From: Selaginella moellendorffii
Lineage: Eukaryota; Plantae; Lycopodiophyta
Reading direction: 5' to 3'
Assembly (NCBI RefSeq): GCF_000143415.4
Contig: NW_003314371.1
Span: forward strand, 265,380-329,379
Length of the DNA: 64,000 nucleotides
Shown in pieces: positions 37,316-49,694 of the stretch (position 1 is its first letter; every line of letters begins with the position of its first letter). The position numbers and the translations under genes were made by a program. The notes under the pieces are model-generated. The model was given only the letters and a program-made list of their open reading frames with translations. It had not been told where the DNA came from and did no database searches.

Positions 37316-39277
37316 ACATGCAAAACCTTAGTTTTTTTTTCTTTGGTCAACCACCACAAAGAGAGCTCAATGTCTTTGGCCAAGTCTTTGATATGTTCAG
37401 CACGTAATTCTAAGGTTCCTTCTTCTTCAACCCTGGCAAATAGCACCGAGTCTTGAGTCAAGGCTGGCAGAGAGCTCCCATCAATGTTTCGGCCTCCTGT
37501 AATTTGGTTGTGCCTATACCATTCTTCCAGTACCTTGTAACGCTTCGGCCTTGCACTCAAGTAGCTCCTCCCAGTGTCGTCTCTCTTCCCAAGTCGTTAG
37601 TAATTGGCAATGTCCAAAGGCTCAACCAAGAGCCTAAAAGTGTGCCCAGAATTAACCCATTTGTTCTGCGCCTTGAACGTCAGAGGAAGCAAACCATTTG
37701 AGTACATGTCTATGGTTTCATCCCAAAAGTTTGTCTCCACCATGCGGTTCAAGTTGGCTTCCAAAGCCATATCGTCATTATACAGCTTGAAGTGCTTCAT
37801 CTTTTTCTCACACTGCCTCTTGAACCATTCCAGCTTTGCCATTGCATGTAGCACCTTGGCAAACTCGCTGTGCCTGTTAGCTGCATTGGCCTCCACCATT
37901 TCCCTGGTTTTCCTGTCCTGGAAAAGCACCAACCTGTTCTGAACATCCTAGAAGACAACCAAACGTCATAAAGCCCCGTTGGGCGACTAGGAAATGCTGT
38001 TACTTTGATGCCGAGGCCCAACGCGTGAAGCTGGAGAGCAATCTCCAACTCAAACACCGATTGTGTTTCCTCCACTGCCATTTGCGCAAACTCTCCACCT
38101 AGTTTACCCATTATGTCCGGCAGCGTCTGTAGGATTTGCATGTAGTGCCATAGCGTGTGCTCCAAGATGTGTGCGGCAGGCTTGGACGAAACCCCGTGAT
38201 CCTTTTCCTGGAGTGTCAAGTGCAGCATCTGCAACACTGTGACGGGCTTGTCGATCATAGAAGCACCACTGGTGCAGAAGAGGTAAGCTCCAAAAGGCCT
38301 GTAGGGGCTCACTTTGCAAATGCTCCGGAGCAAAGTGTTAGCGAATCCGGTGTAGACCGCACTCGCGACCTGTGCAGATGCCTTGACAACAGTATTCACC
38401 AAGCTGGCCGATGCTTCTCCAATTGCAGCAGCAGTAGTAATCGCCTCTTCCTTGGCACCACCGTGTTTGATACGAGCACTAGTAGCGCTTGCTCTCGAGT
38501 TCCAGAAGGGGAGGAGCGCTCGGAGAGACTTTGAGATGGATTTGAGAGGAGCGAGGAGCATTCTGGGGACGATGTCGTGCCTGCAAACAACGTGTACGAA
38601 GTGATCGTCCCAGCCTTGACTCTGCGCAAGCTCGCTCAGCTTCACGTCGCCCACAAATGGCATCCCAAACGTGACGCACACAAATCTCAGCTTCTGGAGC
38701 TTGATCGCGGTGGCGGTGCGACTGAGATAAAGAAGCCACAGCGTGGCCAGGGCCGCAATGGCGCCTCCGAGTGAGTGGCCTGTGAAGATAATTATGTTTT
38801 GACTGTCTTCCAACTTCTCAATCTGCAAATGCGGACCTCGATCCTGAAGGGGAGAAAGAAAGAAGTAAGAACTTACGGTGTTCGTGAGTTTGCCATCTCT
38901 CCAGATTTCAGCAAATCTTCTTGTGAAGCCTCTGTGAGCCAGGGATTCAAAGAACAAGTCACTGGAACTGTTGCAGCCCCAATGCGCTGGTGCCTGCAGG
39001 CCTTCCCAGAGTGGTGAAAGCCTATAGTCGGAATCCATCACCACATCCTCTAGAACTGCGGTGCCTGGGAATGAGATCCACACCGTTTCTTCCTCAGCGT
39101 CATGGTAAAACCGTTCGCTTGTCAGCAATCCTGTAAGCCCTGGCCGAGCAGTCGAGCGACTTGAGGACAAGCTCCCCGTTCACCAGGAGCTCCGCATTCT
39201 TTGTTTAGGATTAGGATTAGCATCTGGGCTCAGGATTAGCATCTAGGCTTACATCCAAAAAGAGCACAAGTACTCAT
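37312..39277 (-). pseudogene. EDS1/PAD4-family lipase-like + EP-domain gene, copy A (5' frameshift, in-frame TAA after EPLDIANY)
   Basis: Lipase: IIFTGHSLGGAIAALATLWLL, CVTFGMPFVGD, FVHVVCRHDIVPRMLLAPL, YRPFGAYLFC, EH..HY. EP domain: MAKLEWFKRQCE, NFWDETIDM, KWVNSGHTFRLLVEPLDIANY*RLGK...RPKRYKVLEEW...LTQDSVLFARVEE. Start position uncertain. Confidence 0.85.
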
Positions 39278-39481
39278 CGAAAAAATCCAAGTCTTTCTTG
39301 ACTTAGTCTTTAAACACAATTCACTTGGACATATGATCAATCTTTGCCGAGATTCGCCACTTTTGATTTTGCTGCGAAATCTTCGACAGCGTGGCTCCCA
39401 GAGTCCTTCCACACTTTTTCCGCCACTGACAAAAGTGCGAGACACCAGGTTTCAGGCTTCGAGAAAGGTGGCAGACTTTGA

Positions 39482-40812
39482 CTAGCGTGCGCTCGTAGCA
39501 GTCAAGGGAGAAGCTGCGTAAGAAGAGCCGGTTTGTGACGTCGTCGTTGTCGTCGTCGTCGTCCAACCATGGTGGCGAATCTGTCCAAAGTAGTTGGGAG
39601 TGTCTACCGTGGTGAGCGGCTCTAGCTCGAGGTAACCCATGAGCATCGCAACCACGGCACTCATCGTTGGCCGGCTCCCTTCAAATTCTCGGCTACACAG
39701 CAATGCGACGTGCGTGGCTCGGTGAGCCTCTTCTGCGATGTAAAACTTTTCCAGTCTAGGATCGATTAATTCTTCGAGCTTTCCAGCACCAAAGAGGCTC
39801 CAAGCCTGCCACCAGAGGAAACAAGTAAGAAACACCAAGCTTGAGATCATGTTTTACCCATTGCGCAAGGATTTCTTCTTCCACAGGAAGTGTGTCATCC
39901 ATGCACTTCCTGCCGCTGATGATCTCGAGAACAAGAACTCCAAAGCTGAAAACATCGGCCTTGGAAGATAGTCGCCCTCGAAGAACGTACTCGGGTGCCA
40001 TGTATCCACTATTACACACTGGTGAGTTCCAGAATAACAAGCGAGAAAGGAGAAACGCTTACACTGTCCCGGCCAGTCTCGTGGTTGTGTTTTCTCTGTC
40101 CACTCCCGCCAGCTTGGAGATTCCAAAGTCGGAGATCTTCGGCTGGAGCATTTTGTCAAGGAGGATGTTGCTGGCCTTGATGTCCCGGTGTATAACCTGT
40201 TCGTGTGATTCCTCGTGGAGATAAGCGAGGCCTTTCGCCACTCCCACGATAATCTGGAAGCGAGCTGGCCAATCTAAGAGTAAACTCTTTCCTGGCAATG
40301 ACTACCTAGTTACAATGAGCTTAAAGGAAAGATGGATTCACTTACCGAACAGTGTTTGATCGAGGCTCCCTTTCTCGAGAAACTCGTAGACGATAAGCCG
40401 ATGATTCCCCTCGCAACAGTATCCCTCGAGCATCACAAGATTTTTGTGACGAATGCCGGTGATAATATCGATCTCATTCACAAACTCCCTCTTTCCTTGC
40501 TGAGACTCCACCGAAAGCCTCTTCACAGCAAACACGGTTCCATCGCCAAAGAAAGCCTACACACACGAGCTGACAAGTTTAGAAGTTGGCAAAGTTTATA
40601 TTTTCTGTGCTTGCCTTGTACACGGTGCCAAATCCGCCTTGTCCGAGTTTGTTTCGGTCGCTAAAGTCTTCGGTGGCCTCACACAAATCCCGGTAAGAAA
40701 ACGCAATGGGTCCTCTCGAACTCCCTGAAAACACAAAGCTTCAACAAAGCGAGAAGAAGAGGAGGAAATGTCCTACTTTGCAGTTCTGAAGAAGGAACTC
40801 GAGGCAACCCTC

Positions 40813-40843
<31 letters not shown>

Positions 40844-41649
40844 GGACCTTCTGCGCTTGACGAGCAGAAGTCCGGCAACTCCCAGGATCAAAAACACTGG
40901 CACCACAACACCAGCCACAATGGCTGCTGTGTTGCCTGATCCGCCACTGCCACCGCCTGAAAGAACGAATTCTCTTCTAGCTCAAAGCTTTGATTTGTAC
41001 CTGGAGTGCTAGCAGGAGTTGGAGGGGGAACCACTGGAGGTGGAGCTGGAGCGGAGGCATTTGGACCCAATATTCCTAGCGTCCCTGGATAAACAATGAT
41101 GGAAGAACTTTGACATTGGAAAGAAACAAGGAAAAACTTTGAGGCAAGAAACCAAGAAGCAAACCCGATGGCAAGTCTCTCGTAAAATTGCTATTCTCGA
41201 ACCGCATGTTGCATCTTTCTGCTGTGGAATTGCTCCAGAAACGGGCACCAATTGGAAATCTCTGAGTGAAACTCAATGAATCCATCGTCTAGAAGTTGTT
41301 CGAAACTTACAGCTCGGGCATTGGCATACGCCTGCTGGATGCAAGATGAGCAGCTGGGCTGGTCCGACATGTTGTAGCAAGCCGTGTGCGCGTAGGCGAT
41401 GTTGGGAAACGCACCATATCCGAGAGAAGTTGCAAATCCATTGGAGGGATTGAACCCCTGGAGGAATTCGAAGACCGTGTCGAGATTTCGCTGGAATGGG
41501 CTGCCTTCGCTGGTGTTGCCGGTGTTGTAGTAGAGAACGTTTGGTAGTTGACCTGGATCCGTGACGTCCACTGGTCGCTGCTGCTGTGCTGCGAGAGGCC
41601 GTGTGCCAAAACAAAGAATGAGAAGAAGAACCCACCACAAGCAGCTCAT
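39482..41649 (-). CDS. Single-DUF26 cysteine-rich receptor-like kinase (sdCRK), copy A; multi-exon
   Basis: Signal peptide, one DUF26 ([13 protein letters not shown]), Pro-rich stalk, TM helix, poly-Arg stop-transfer, kinase motifs [38 protein letters not shown]. One intron appears to be GC-AG. Confidence 0.9.
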
Positions 41650-41739
41650 CTCTAATCCTATATTTCCCTCCCGACCATAGATCATACATCTAGTTTTGTC
41701 AGGATTTCATCTTATATGATTTTTACCCTCGCTTGCTCG

Positions 41740-44491
41740 GTTTAGTTAATAGGAAGCAGTGATCGAGCAGAAGCTGTTCTGTTTTGTGAAGATAGGAAAC
41801 TGAGAGAGGCACGGCTTTGATCCAGCTATATGCAATATTAAGCCTCTTCAATGAACCGAGGCCTCCAAAAGCATCCGGCAGTTGAACAAGAGCACATCCT
41901 TCGAGATCCAGCTTCAACAGATTTTTCAGGTTCTCAAAGCCTTGAGGGAGCATGCTGAATTCCTTACAGTTCTTGAGGATCAGCTCCTCCAAGCTCACCA
42001 GCTTGCCAAATCAGGTGAGAGCTCTGTCAACTGCGAGCACTCCGCCTTGTCGAGGTTAACAAGGCTCCTCACCTCACCAAAACCTTGATTTAACTTCACG
42101 ATACCACATTGAAATATGTGGAGAGACTTGAAGTGAGACAGCCCAGCAAACGACGTCGGCAATGAGCTAAGGCTCATGCAGAACGAGATATCCAGATTCT
42201 CGAGCTTTTTTATGTTGCCAAATGCCCCAGGGAGACTAGAAACCGATCCAGCCAGATCAAAGGTTGCCAATAGAGTCAGGGAGCTCCTGAATTCTGGAAC
42301 ACCACCTTAAAGATAGCCTTCTGATCCTGGAGTGGCTGGGAAAGTCTGGTAGCAGAGTCAAGCTTTTGCATCCGGTAAGGTTGAGCATCTCAAGCTTTTC
42401 AGTCAAGTTGGCAAGTCGTGTTAGAGCGGAACAAAATCTCAACGAGATACTTCTGATATCTTTACATAGCTCCACTTGTTTGATGGTTGTCAAGCTTTTG
42501 CATTTATCCAACACCAACTCCACCAATTTGTCCATTACCACCTGAAAAATGGTCTTATGAATGGTGATTTAACCTTTTGCGACTTGTTACTGTGCTCGTC
42601 ATGGTCATCCCAAAGCCTGTTGATGTTGCTTCCAGAAAGGTCCAAGAAGCTGATATTGTCTTCGAGGCGGGGGATGAATGACGAAGGCAGTACATCCAAA
42701 GTCATGCCTCTCCAACTCAAATAATTTAGATATGGCATCTGCTTAAAGTCCCCGTCGATCTGACAAGACCCCTGGTTAAGAAGGCAAGACCGTTGAGCAC
42801 GTTGAAGCAACGTGTGTCTCGTCTTGAGACTTTGCTGCCAAACAAGGTCAGTGTTCTGATCTTTGGAGTCCCCTGGAAAAGAAACACAGAGCTGAGTCAA
42901 CGTCTCATAACTTACCATGCTTCTGGTCAAGAGTTTTCAGCAGTTCCAGATCCGGCTCCTCTCTCCAATGCTTTGGGATTCCCTGTTCACTTCCTCGCGG
43001 GCCATGTCGCGTATGAGATCGTGATACGGCATCAACTTCAAGCTTTCCAGCCGCAGTAAGTGCTTGTCCAACAAGACTTTGATATCATGGTTCATCATGC
43101 TCTCCTCTGACGCATGGCTTCCCAGATCCAGAAAACACTTGCCCTGCTCACCTCTCCAAAGAAGCAGCAAATGTGGAGAAAGATTTCCCTCTCTCTTTGA
43201 TGCAGCGGCTCCAGGCTGATGCGCAACTTGTCCACAACTTCTGGATAGGAGCTTAACTTGCTCTTGGCGCCTCTCCAGTCGCGCTCATCGCTTTTCCCTT
43301 GGAGCTTCAAACCAGCCACTTCGAGCACCAGGGGTACGCCCTTGCATTCGCCCACAATCTCTTTCACCAGGCTTCGATCCAGTCCGGCGTCCGGTTTGGC
43401 ATGCTGCTTGAAAAGCATCCTCGCATCCTCGTGCTTTAGTTGACCCACTTCATGGATGAAGGTGAGGCTCCTGAGGGTGTCTCTGTCTCGGCTGGTTACA
43501 ATCACGCGGCTGGAACGTCCCAGAGGAGGGAGCAGCTTCAGGAGCTGGGCGTGGCTTTCCACATCGTCAAGCACCAGCATGACGTTGACGCTGGACAGGT
43601 GCTTTTGCTGGAACAAATAATGTCGAGCTTTGGACTCGCTGAGTTCCACCTTTGAGATGTCTTTGACAATCCTGACAAAGAGGGCATTGGTGCCGTGGCC
43701 CTTAACCTCCTACCGGACCCTCACGAAACAAGATGCCTCAAAATTCCCTTGAATCCTGTTGAAAACCTCCTTGGCAAGTCTCGTCTTCCCAATTGCGCCT
43801 TGCCCAGTGATACCAACGCTTGTCACCATCTGCCCGCTCTTTCTAAACCTGGACAGAATGCCCGCCACTCGGCCTTCACTATCGACGTACCCATTTTCAC
43901 TTGGATCATCATCTTCTCCACCGGCTGCATTCAAAAGCAACTGAAATATGTCTTTGGCAATCTTTGCAGTTGTAACACTCGTCTGTCTGCACACCAGACA
44001 ACATGTAAGTCTTAAAAAACTCTGTATGATAAAACTTAACTCATTGAGATCCACTCCTGAGATCATCGAGACCGTTGTGAATGCCGCTATCCACTCTTGA
44101 ACCTCTTCCGCAGTGGCACGACCTTTGGCTGTCAGTGCTGCAAACGAATCTCTATAACCATGTCGGACGACCCCAGGATTGACTCCATGAAAGACAGGAT
44201 AAATGATTTTGCAATCCGGCTGCATCTCCATGGCTTTGACAGCCTCAAGAACTTCTATGTTGCACCACGTTGATTCTTCAAACTTGGGAGAGAAAACAAT
44301 GACATAGATGTTGGCAACCCTCTGTGCCCTGAGTAATTGACTGGGGATTCCTTGTCCTGGTTGCAGTTCTTCCTTGTCAAAGAAACAGTGCACTTGTTGC
44401 CTCTTGAGCTCCTGATTCAGGGAATCAACAAATGATACCTTTGTATCTGGCCCTCTGTGTGATATGAAGACTTCATACTTATTTCTGCCAT
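41740..44491 (-). pseudogene. TIR-NB-ARC-LRR gene copy 2; frameshifted and 3'-truncated at the duplication junction
   Basis: TIR KYEVFISHRGPDTK...STWCNIEV, P-loop GITGQGAIGKTRLAKEVFN, MLVLDDV, GVPLVL, YHD and LRRs. One base is lost just after the ATG relative to copy 1; LRR breaks off at LLTK near 41745. Confidence 0.88.
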
Positions 44492-44939
44492 AGAAACATG
44501 TGACTGCAAAGATCAGATTTGAACCATTGGGTGCTCGGGAAGTATTATCAGGCCACCAAGTTAGAAGAGCAAAGGTGAGGCCCTGGGCCACAAAGCTGGC
44601 AGCGCTTGCCGCGATTGAGATCTCTGGCCGCTCCAACACGGCTCTTGGAGCGAGAAAGGGAGGAGGGAGTGCGGCTGGAGAAAGGGCCTCAGGGTGACTC
44701 GGGCGGGGACATGGAGGAACGTGAGCATGGGAATGGAGGACACGAGAAGACCCCCACAACAAACTTTTTCCTGGCCACCACAACACTGCCAAAACAGAAT
44801 CTTCAGTTCAATTCAATTCAACTATAAATTGATGGTACCTTCTTTATGCACATAGGTCTAATCACTAGTACCTTTATCGAAGCTTAGAACCAATAGTGGT
44901 TCACTAGAGGACAACTGACACCTCTGGGCAATCCAATTG

Positions 44940-45800
44940 GCTAGCATGTTCATGCTTATCTATGCTGATGACATACTGCACGGAGGAACTTTAATTACAA
45001 ATCTGCAGCGAATCTGACCTCAACATCAACCTGAACAAAACGTGGATAATGATCTTTGGGCTAGACCAGAACCAGAAAGTCTTCTACCAATCCTGCATGT
45101 GGAGGAATACAAATATTCCAGCTACGTGACTCATTGGGGGGCAGGTGGTGTAGTGGAGCAGAGGAAAGCAGCTGAACGAGCATACTATAAGCTATTATCA
45201 GATTCCGGGAGGGCTGACTTGCACAGACGGGAAATCAACACAGTCTTTTATCTCATGAAGGTCACCACAGTTGTGTTGTATGGTGCAGAGATGTGGGGAC
45301 TCTGACTCGGCATGAAACAATGGCAATTGAGGCTCTATTCCGAGAAAACTTATGCAATCATGGTCATGGAGTTGGGCTTGTTACTGTTAGAGATCCTCAT
45401 CTGGCACCATTGTATATGTTCAGAAAAGTAGATTCTCAACTTGCAGATGCGGCAATCAACAACTCAAAAGCTCTTGACCAACAAAGGATGGTGGCACAAC
45501 ATGGAGTGGACCAAAAGATTTGGCTTCAACCTGGAGATCCTCACAGCAGTCTATCAAGAGGACTAGAGTTGTGGACACAGATAGCTCTTGTCACACAATT
45601 GAGGAAAAAGGCAAAGTACAATATTTAACAAAACTCAGTTAACTCCATGGAAATCTTTAGCCCCACTTTGTATAATAAGATCAACATGGAAAAGAAGAAC
45701 GTTAGCAAGATAACACATATGGAGTCACCACCTACTCATGGAACTCAGATGCAGAGTTCAACCACCAAGTCCACGGGACTGATGGATTTACTGGCTGATA
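44940..45800 (+). mobile_element. Non-LTR retrotransposon (LINE, RTE/L2-like) reverse transcriptase fragment
   Basis: MLIYADDIL at 44952, LNINLNKTWIMIFG, VEEYKY and VVLYGAEMWG spread over shifted frames. Boundaries approximate. Confidence 0.7.
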
Positions 45801-46174
45801 AGGGGTAACTGTCAAAAGGTTCTTTAACCACATCTTAGTGAATAAACATGCTAATGTTTGCTCTGAACACATGGGGGTGGGGTGAGATGAGATGATATGT
45901 GTCATATGCAATATGATGACTAATATTGACATTTAACCTTTTGTAGTGGAAATTTGATGGGCCTCTTGAATTTTATAATTCCTTTTAAAGAATTTGATAA
46001 TTTTCTTTGAGGAAACATTTACTTTTTCAAATCGTCATTCAAAGTGGAATGTAATATTTATTGTGTTAATACTATTCCAATTTAATTTTCAATGTAACAA
46101 AATTATAATAATCAAAACAGTGTTTGCTAATTGAGTAGCATATACTACATAATAGTTATATGACATGCAAAATC

Positions 46175-48128
46175 CTAGTTTTTATTTTCTTTGGTCAACC
46201 ACCACAAAGAGAGCTCAATGTCTTTGGCCAAGTCTTTGATATGTTCAGCACGTAATTCTAAGGTTCCTTCTTCTTCAACCCTGGCAAATAGCACCGAGTC
46301 TTGAGTCAAGGCTGGCAGAGAGCTCCCATCAATGTTTCGGCCTCCTGTAATTTGGTTGTGCCTATACCATTCTTCCAGTACCTTGTAACGCTTCGGCCTT
46401 GCACTCAAGTAGCTCCTCCCAGTGTCGTCTCTCTTCCCAAGTCGTTAGTAATTGGCAATGTCCAAAGGCTCAACCAAGAGCCTAAAAGTGTGCCCAGAAT
46501 TAACCCATTTGTTCTGCGCCTTGAACGTCAGAGGAAGCAAACCATTTGAGTACATGTCTATGGTTTCATCCCAAAAGTTTGTCTCCACCATGCGGTTCAA
46601 GTTGGCTTCCAAAGCCATATCGTCATTATACAGCTTGAAGTGCTTCATCTTTTTCTCACACTGCCTCTTGAACCATTCCAGCTTTGCCATTGCATGTAGC
46701 ACCTTGGCAAACTCGCTGTGCCTGTTAGCTGCATTGGCCTCCACCATTTCCCTGGTTTTCCTGTCCTGGAAAAGCACCAACCTGTTCTGAACATCCTAGA
46801 AGACAACCAAACGTCATAAAGCCCCGTTGGGCGACTAGGAAATGCTGTTACTTTGATGCCGAGGCCCAACGCGTGAAGCTGGAGAGCAATCTCCAACTCA
46901 AACACCGATTGTGTTTCCTCCACTGCCATTTGCGCAAACTCTCCACCTAGTTTACCCATTATGTCCGGCAGCGTCTGTAGGATTTGCATGTAGTGCCATA
47001 GCGTGTGCTCCAAGATGTGTGCGGCAGGCTTGGACGAAACCCCGTGATCCTTTTCCTGGAGTGTCAAGTGCAGCATCTGCAACACTGTGACGGGCTTGTC
47101 GATCATAGAAGCACCACTGGTGCTGCAGAAGAGGTAAGCTCCAAAAGGCCTGTAGGGGCTCACTTTGCAAATGCTCCGGAGCAAAGTGTTAGCGAATCCG
47201 GTGTAGACCGCACTCGCGACCTGTGCAGATGCCTTGACAACAGTATTCACCAAGCTGGCCGATGCTTCTCCAATTGCAGCAGCAGTAGTAATCGCCTCTT
47301 CCTTGGCACCACCGTGTTTGATACGAGCACTAGTAGCGCTTGCTCTCGAGTTCCAGAAGGGGAGGAGCGCTCGGAGAGACTTTGAGATGGATTTGAGAGG
47401 AGCAAGGAGCATTCTGGGGACGATGTCGTGCCTGCAAACAACGTGTACGAAGTGATCGTCCCAGCCTTGACTCTGCGCAAGCTCGCTCAGCTTCACGTCG
47501 CCCACAAATGGCATCCCAAACGTGACGCACACAAATCTCAGCTTCTGGAGCTTGATCGCGGTGGCGGTGCGACTGAGATAAAGAAGCCACAGCGTGGCCA
47601 GGGCCGCAATGGCGCCTCCGAGTGAGTGGCCTGTGAAGATAATTATGTTTTGACTGTCTTCCAACTTCTCAATCTGCAAATGCGGACCTCGATCCTGAAG
47701 GGGAGAAAGAAAGAAGTAAGAACTTACGGTGTTCGTGAGTTTGCCATCTCTCCAGATTTCAGCAAATCTTCTTGTGAAGCCTCTGTGAGCCAGGGATTCA
47801 AAGAACAAGTCACTGGAACTGTTGCAGCCCCAATGCGCTGGTGCCTGCAGGCCTTCCCAGAGTGGTGAAAGCCTATAGTCGGAATCCATCACCACATCCT
47901 CTAGAACTGCGGTGCCTGGGAATGAGATCCACACCGTTTCTTCCTCAGCGTCATGGTAAAACCGTTCGCTTGTCAGCAATCCTGTAAGCCCTGGCCGAGC
48001 AGTCGAGCGACTTGAGGACAAGCTCCCCGTTCACCAGGAGCTCCGCATTCTTTGTTTAGGATTAGGATTAGCATCTGGGCTCAGGATTAGCATCTAGGCT
48101 TACATCCAAAAAGAGCACAAGTACTCAT
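46175..48128 (-). pseudogene. EDS1/PAD4-family lipase-like + EP-domain gene, copy B (same lesions as copy A)
   Basis: ORFs 46645-48021, 46445-46780 and 46175-46408 match copy A, including GHSLGG and EPLDIANY*. Confidence 0.85.
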
Positions 48129-48332
48129 CGAAAAAATCCAAGTCTTTCTTGACTTAGTCTTTAAACACAATTCACTTGGACATATGATCAATCTTTGCCG
48201 AGATTCGCCACTTTTGATTTTGCTGCGAAATCTTCGACAGCGTGGCTCCCAGAGTCCTTCCACACTTTTTCCGCCACTGACAAAAGTGCGAGACACCAGG
48301 TTTCAGGCTTCGAGAAAGGTGGCAGACTTTGA

Positions 48333-49663
48333 CTAGCGTGCGCTCGTAGCAGTCAAGGGAGAAGCTGCGTAAGAAGAGCCGGTTTGTGACGTCGTCGTTG
48401 TCGTCGTCGTCGTCCAACCATGGTGGCGAATCTGTCCAAAGTAGTTGGGAGTGTCTACCGTGGTGAGCGGCTCTAGCTCGAGGTAACCCATGAGCATCGC
48501 AACCACGGCACTCATCGTTGGCCGGCTCCCTTCAAATTCTCGGCTACACAGCAATGCGACGTGCGTGGCTCGGTGAGCCTCTTCTGCGATGTAAAACTTT
48601 TCCAGTCTAGGATCGATTAATTCTTCGAGCTTTCCAGCACCAAAGAGGCTCCAAGCCTGCCACCAGAGGAAACAAGTAAGAAACACCAAGCTTGAGATCA
48701 TGTTTTACCCATTGCGCAAGGATTTCTTCTTCCACAGGAAGTGTGTCATCCATGCACTTCCTGCCGCTGATGATCTCGAGAACAAGAACTCCAAAGCTGA
48801 AAACATCGGCCTTGGAAGATAGTCGCCCTCGAAGAACGTACTCGGGTGCCATGTATCCACTATTACACACTGGTGAGTTCCAGAATAACAAGCGAGAAAG
48901 GAGAAACGCTTACACTGTCCCGGCCAGTCTCGTGGTTGTGTTTTCTCTGTCCACTCCCGCCAGCTTGGAGATTCCAAAGTCGGAGATCTTCGGCTGGAGC
49001 ATTTTGTCAAGGAGGATGTTGCTGGCCTTGATGTCCCGGTGTATAACCTGTTCGTGTGATTCCTCGTGGAGATAAGCGAGGCCTTTCGCCACTCCCACGA
49101 TAATCTGGAAGCGAGCTGGCCAATCTAAGAGTAAACTCTTTCCTGGCAATGACTACCTAGTTACAATGAGCTTAAAGGAAAGATGGATTCACTTACCGAA
49201 CAGTGTTTGATCGAGGCTCCCTTTCTCGAGAAACTCGTAGACGATAAGCCGATGATTCCCCTCGCAACAGTATCCCTCGAGCATCACAAGATTTTTGTGA
49301 CGAATGCCGGTGATAATATCGATCTCATTCACAAACTCCCTCTTTCCTTGCTGAGACTCCACCGAAAGCCTCTTCACAGCAAACACGGTTCCATCGCCAA
49401 AGAAAGCCTACACACACGAGCTGACAAGTTTAGAAGTTGGCAAAGTTTATATTTTCTGTGCTTGCCTTGTACACGGTGCCAAATCCGCCTTGTCCGAGTT
49501 TGTTTCGGTCGCTAAAGTCTTCGGTGGCCTCACACAAATCCCGGTAAGAAAACGCAATGGGTCCTCTCGAACTCCCTGAAAACACAAAGCTTCAACAAAG
49601 CGAGAAGAAGAGGAGGAAATGTCCTACTTTGCAGTTCTGAAGAAGGAACTCGAGGCAACCCTC

Positions 49664-49694
<31 letters not shown>

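Larger units (their letters stand above)
37109..41739. repeat. Segmental duplication, copy A (EDS1-family gene + CRK); matches 45965-50590
   Basis: Identical ORF sets at offset 8848-8851; shared sequence ends at ...gcttgctcg (41739/50590). Confidence 0.97.

Noticed and set aside
37597-37599. Stop-codon readthrough or RNA editing rescuing the EP domain
   Set aside because: The TAA context is not a known leaky motif, plant base editing is organellar, and additional frameshift and deletion lesions favour pseudogenisation.
44492-44792. Apparent 100-aa N-terminal extension on the TIR of copy 2
   Set aside because: The ORF starts at TTG and arises only because a 1-bp loss puts the true ATG out of frame; copy 1 shows the real start MAAIKYEVF.
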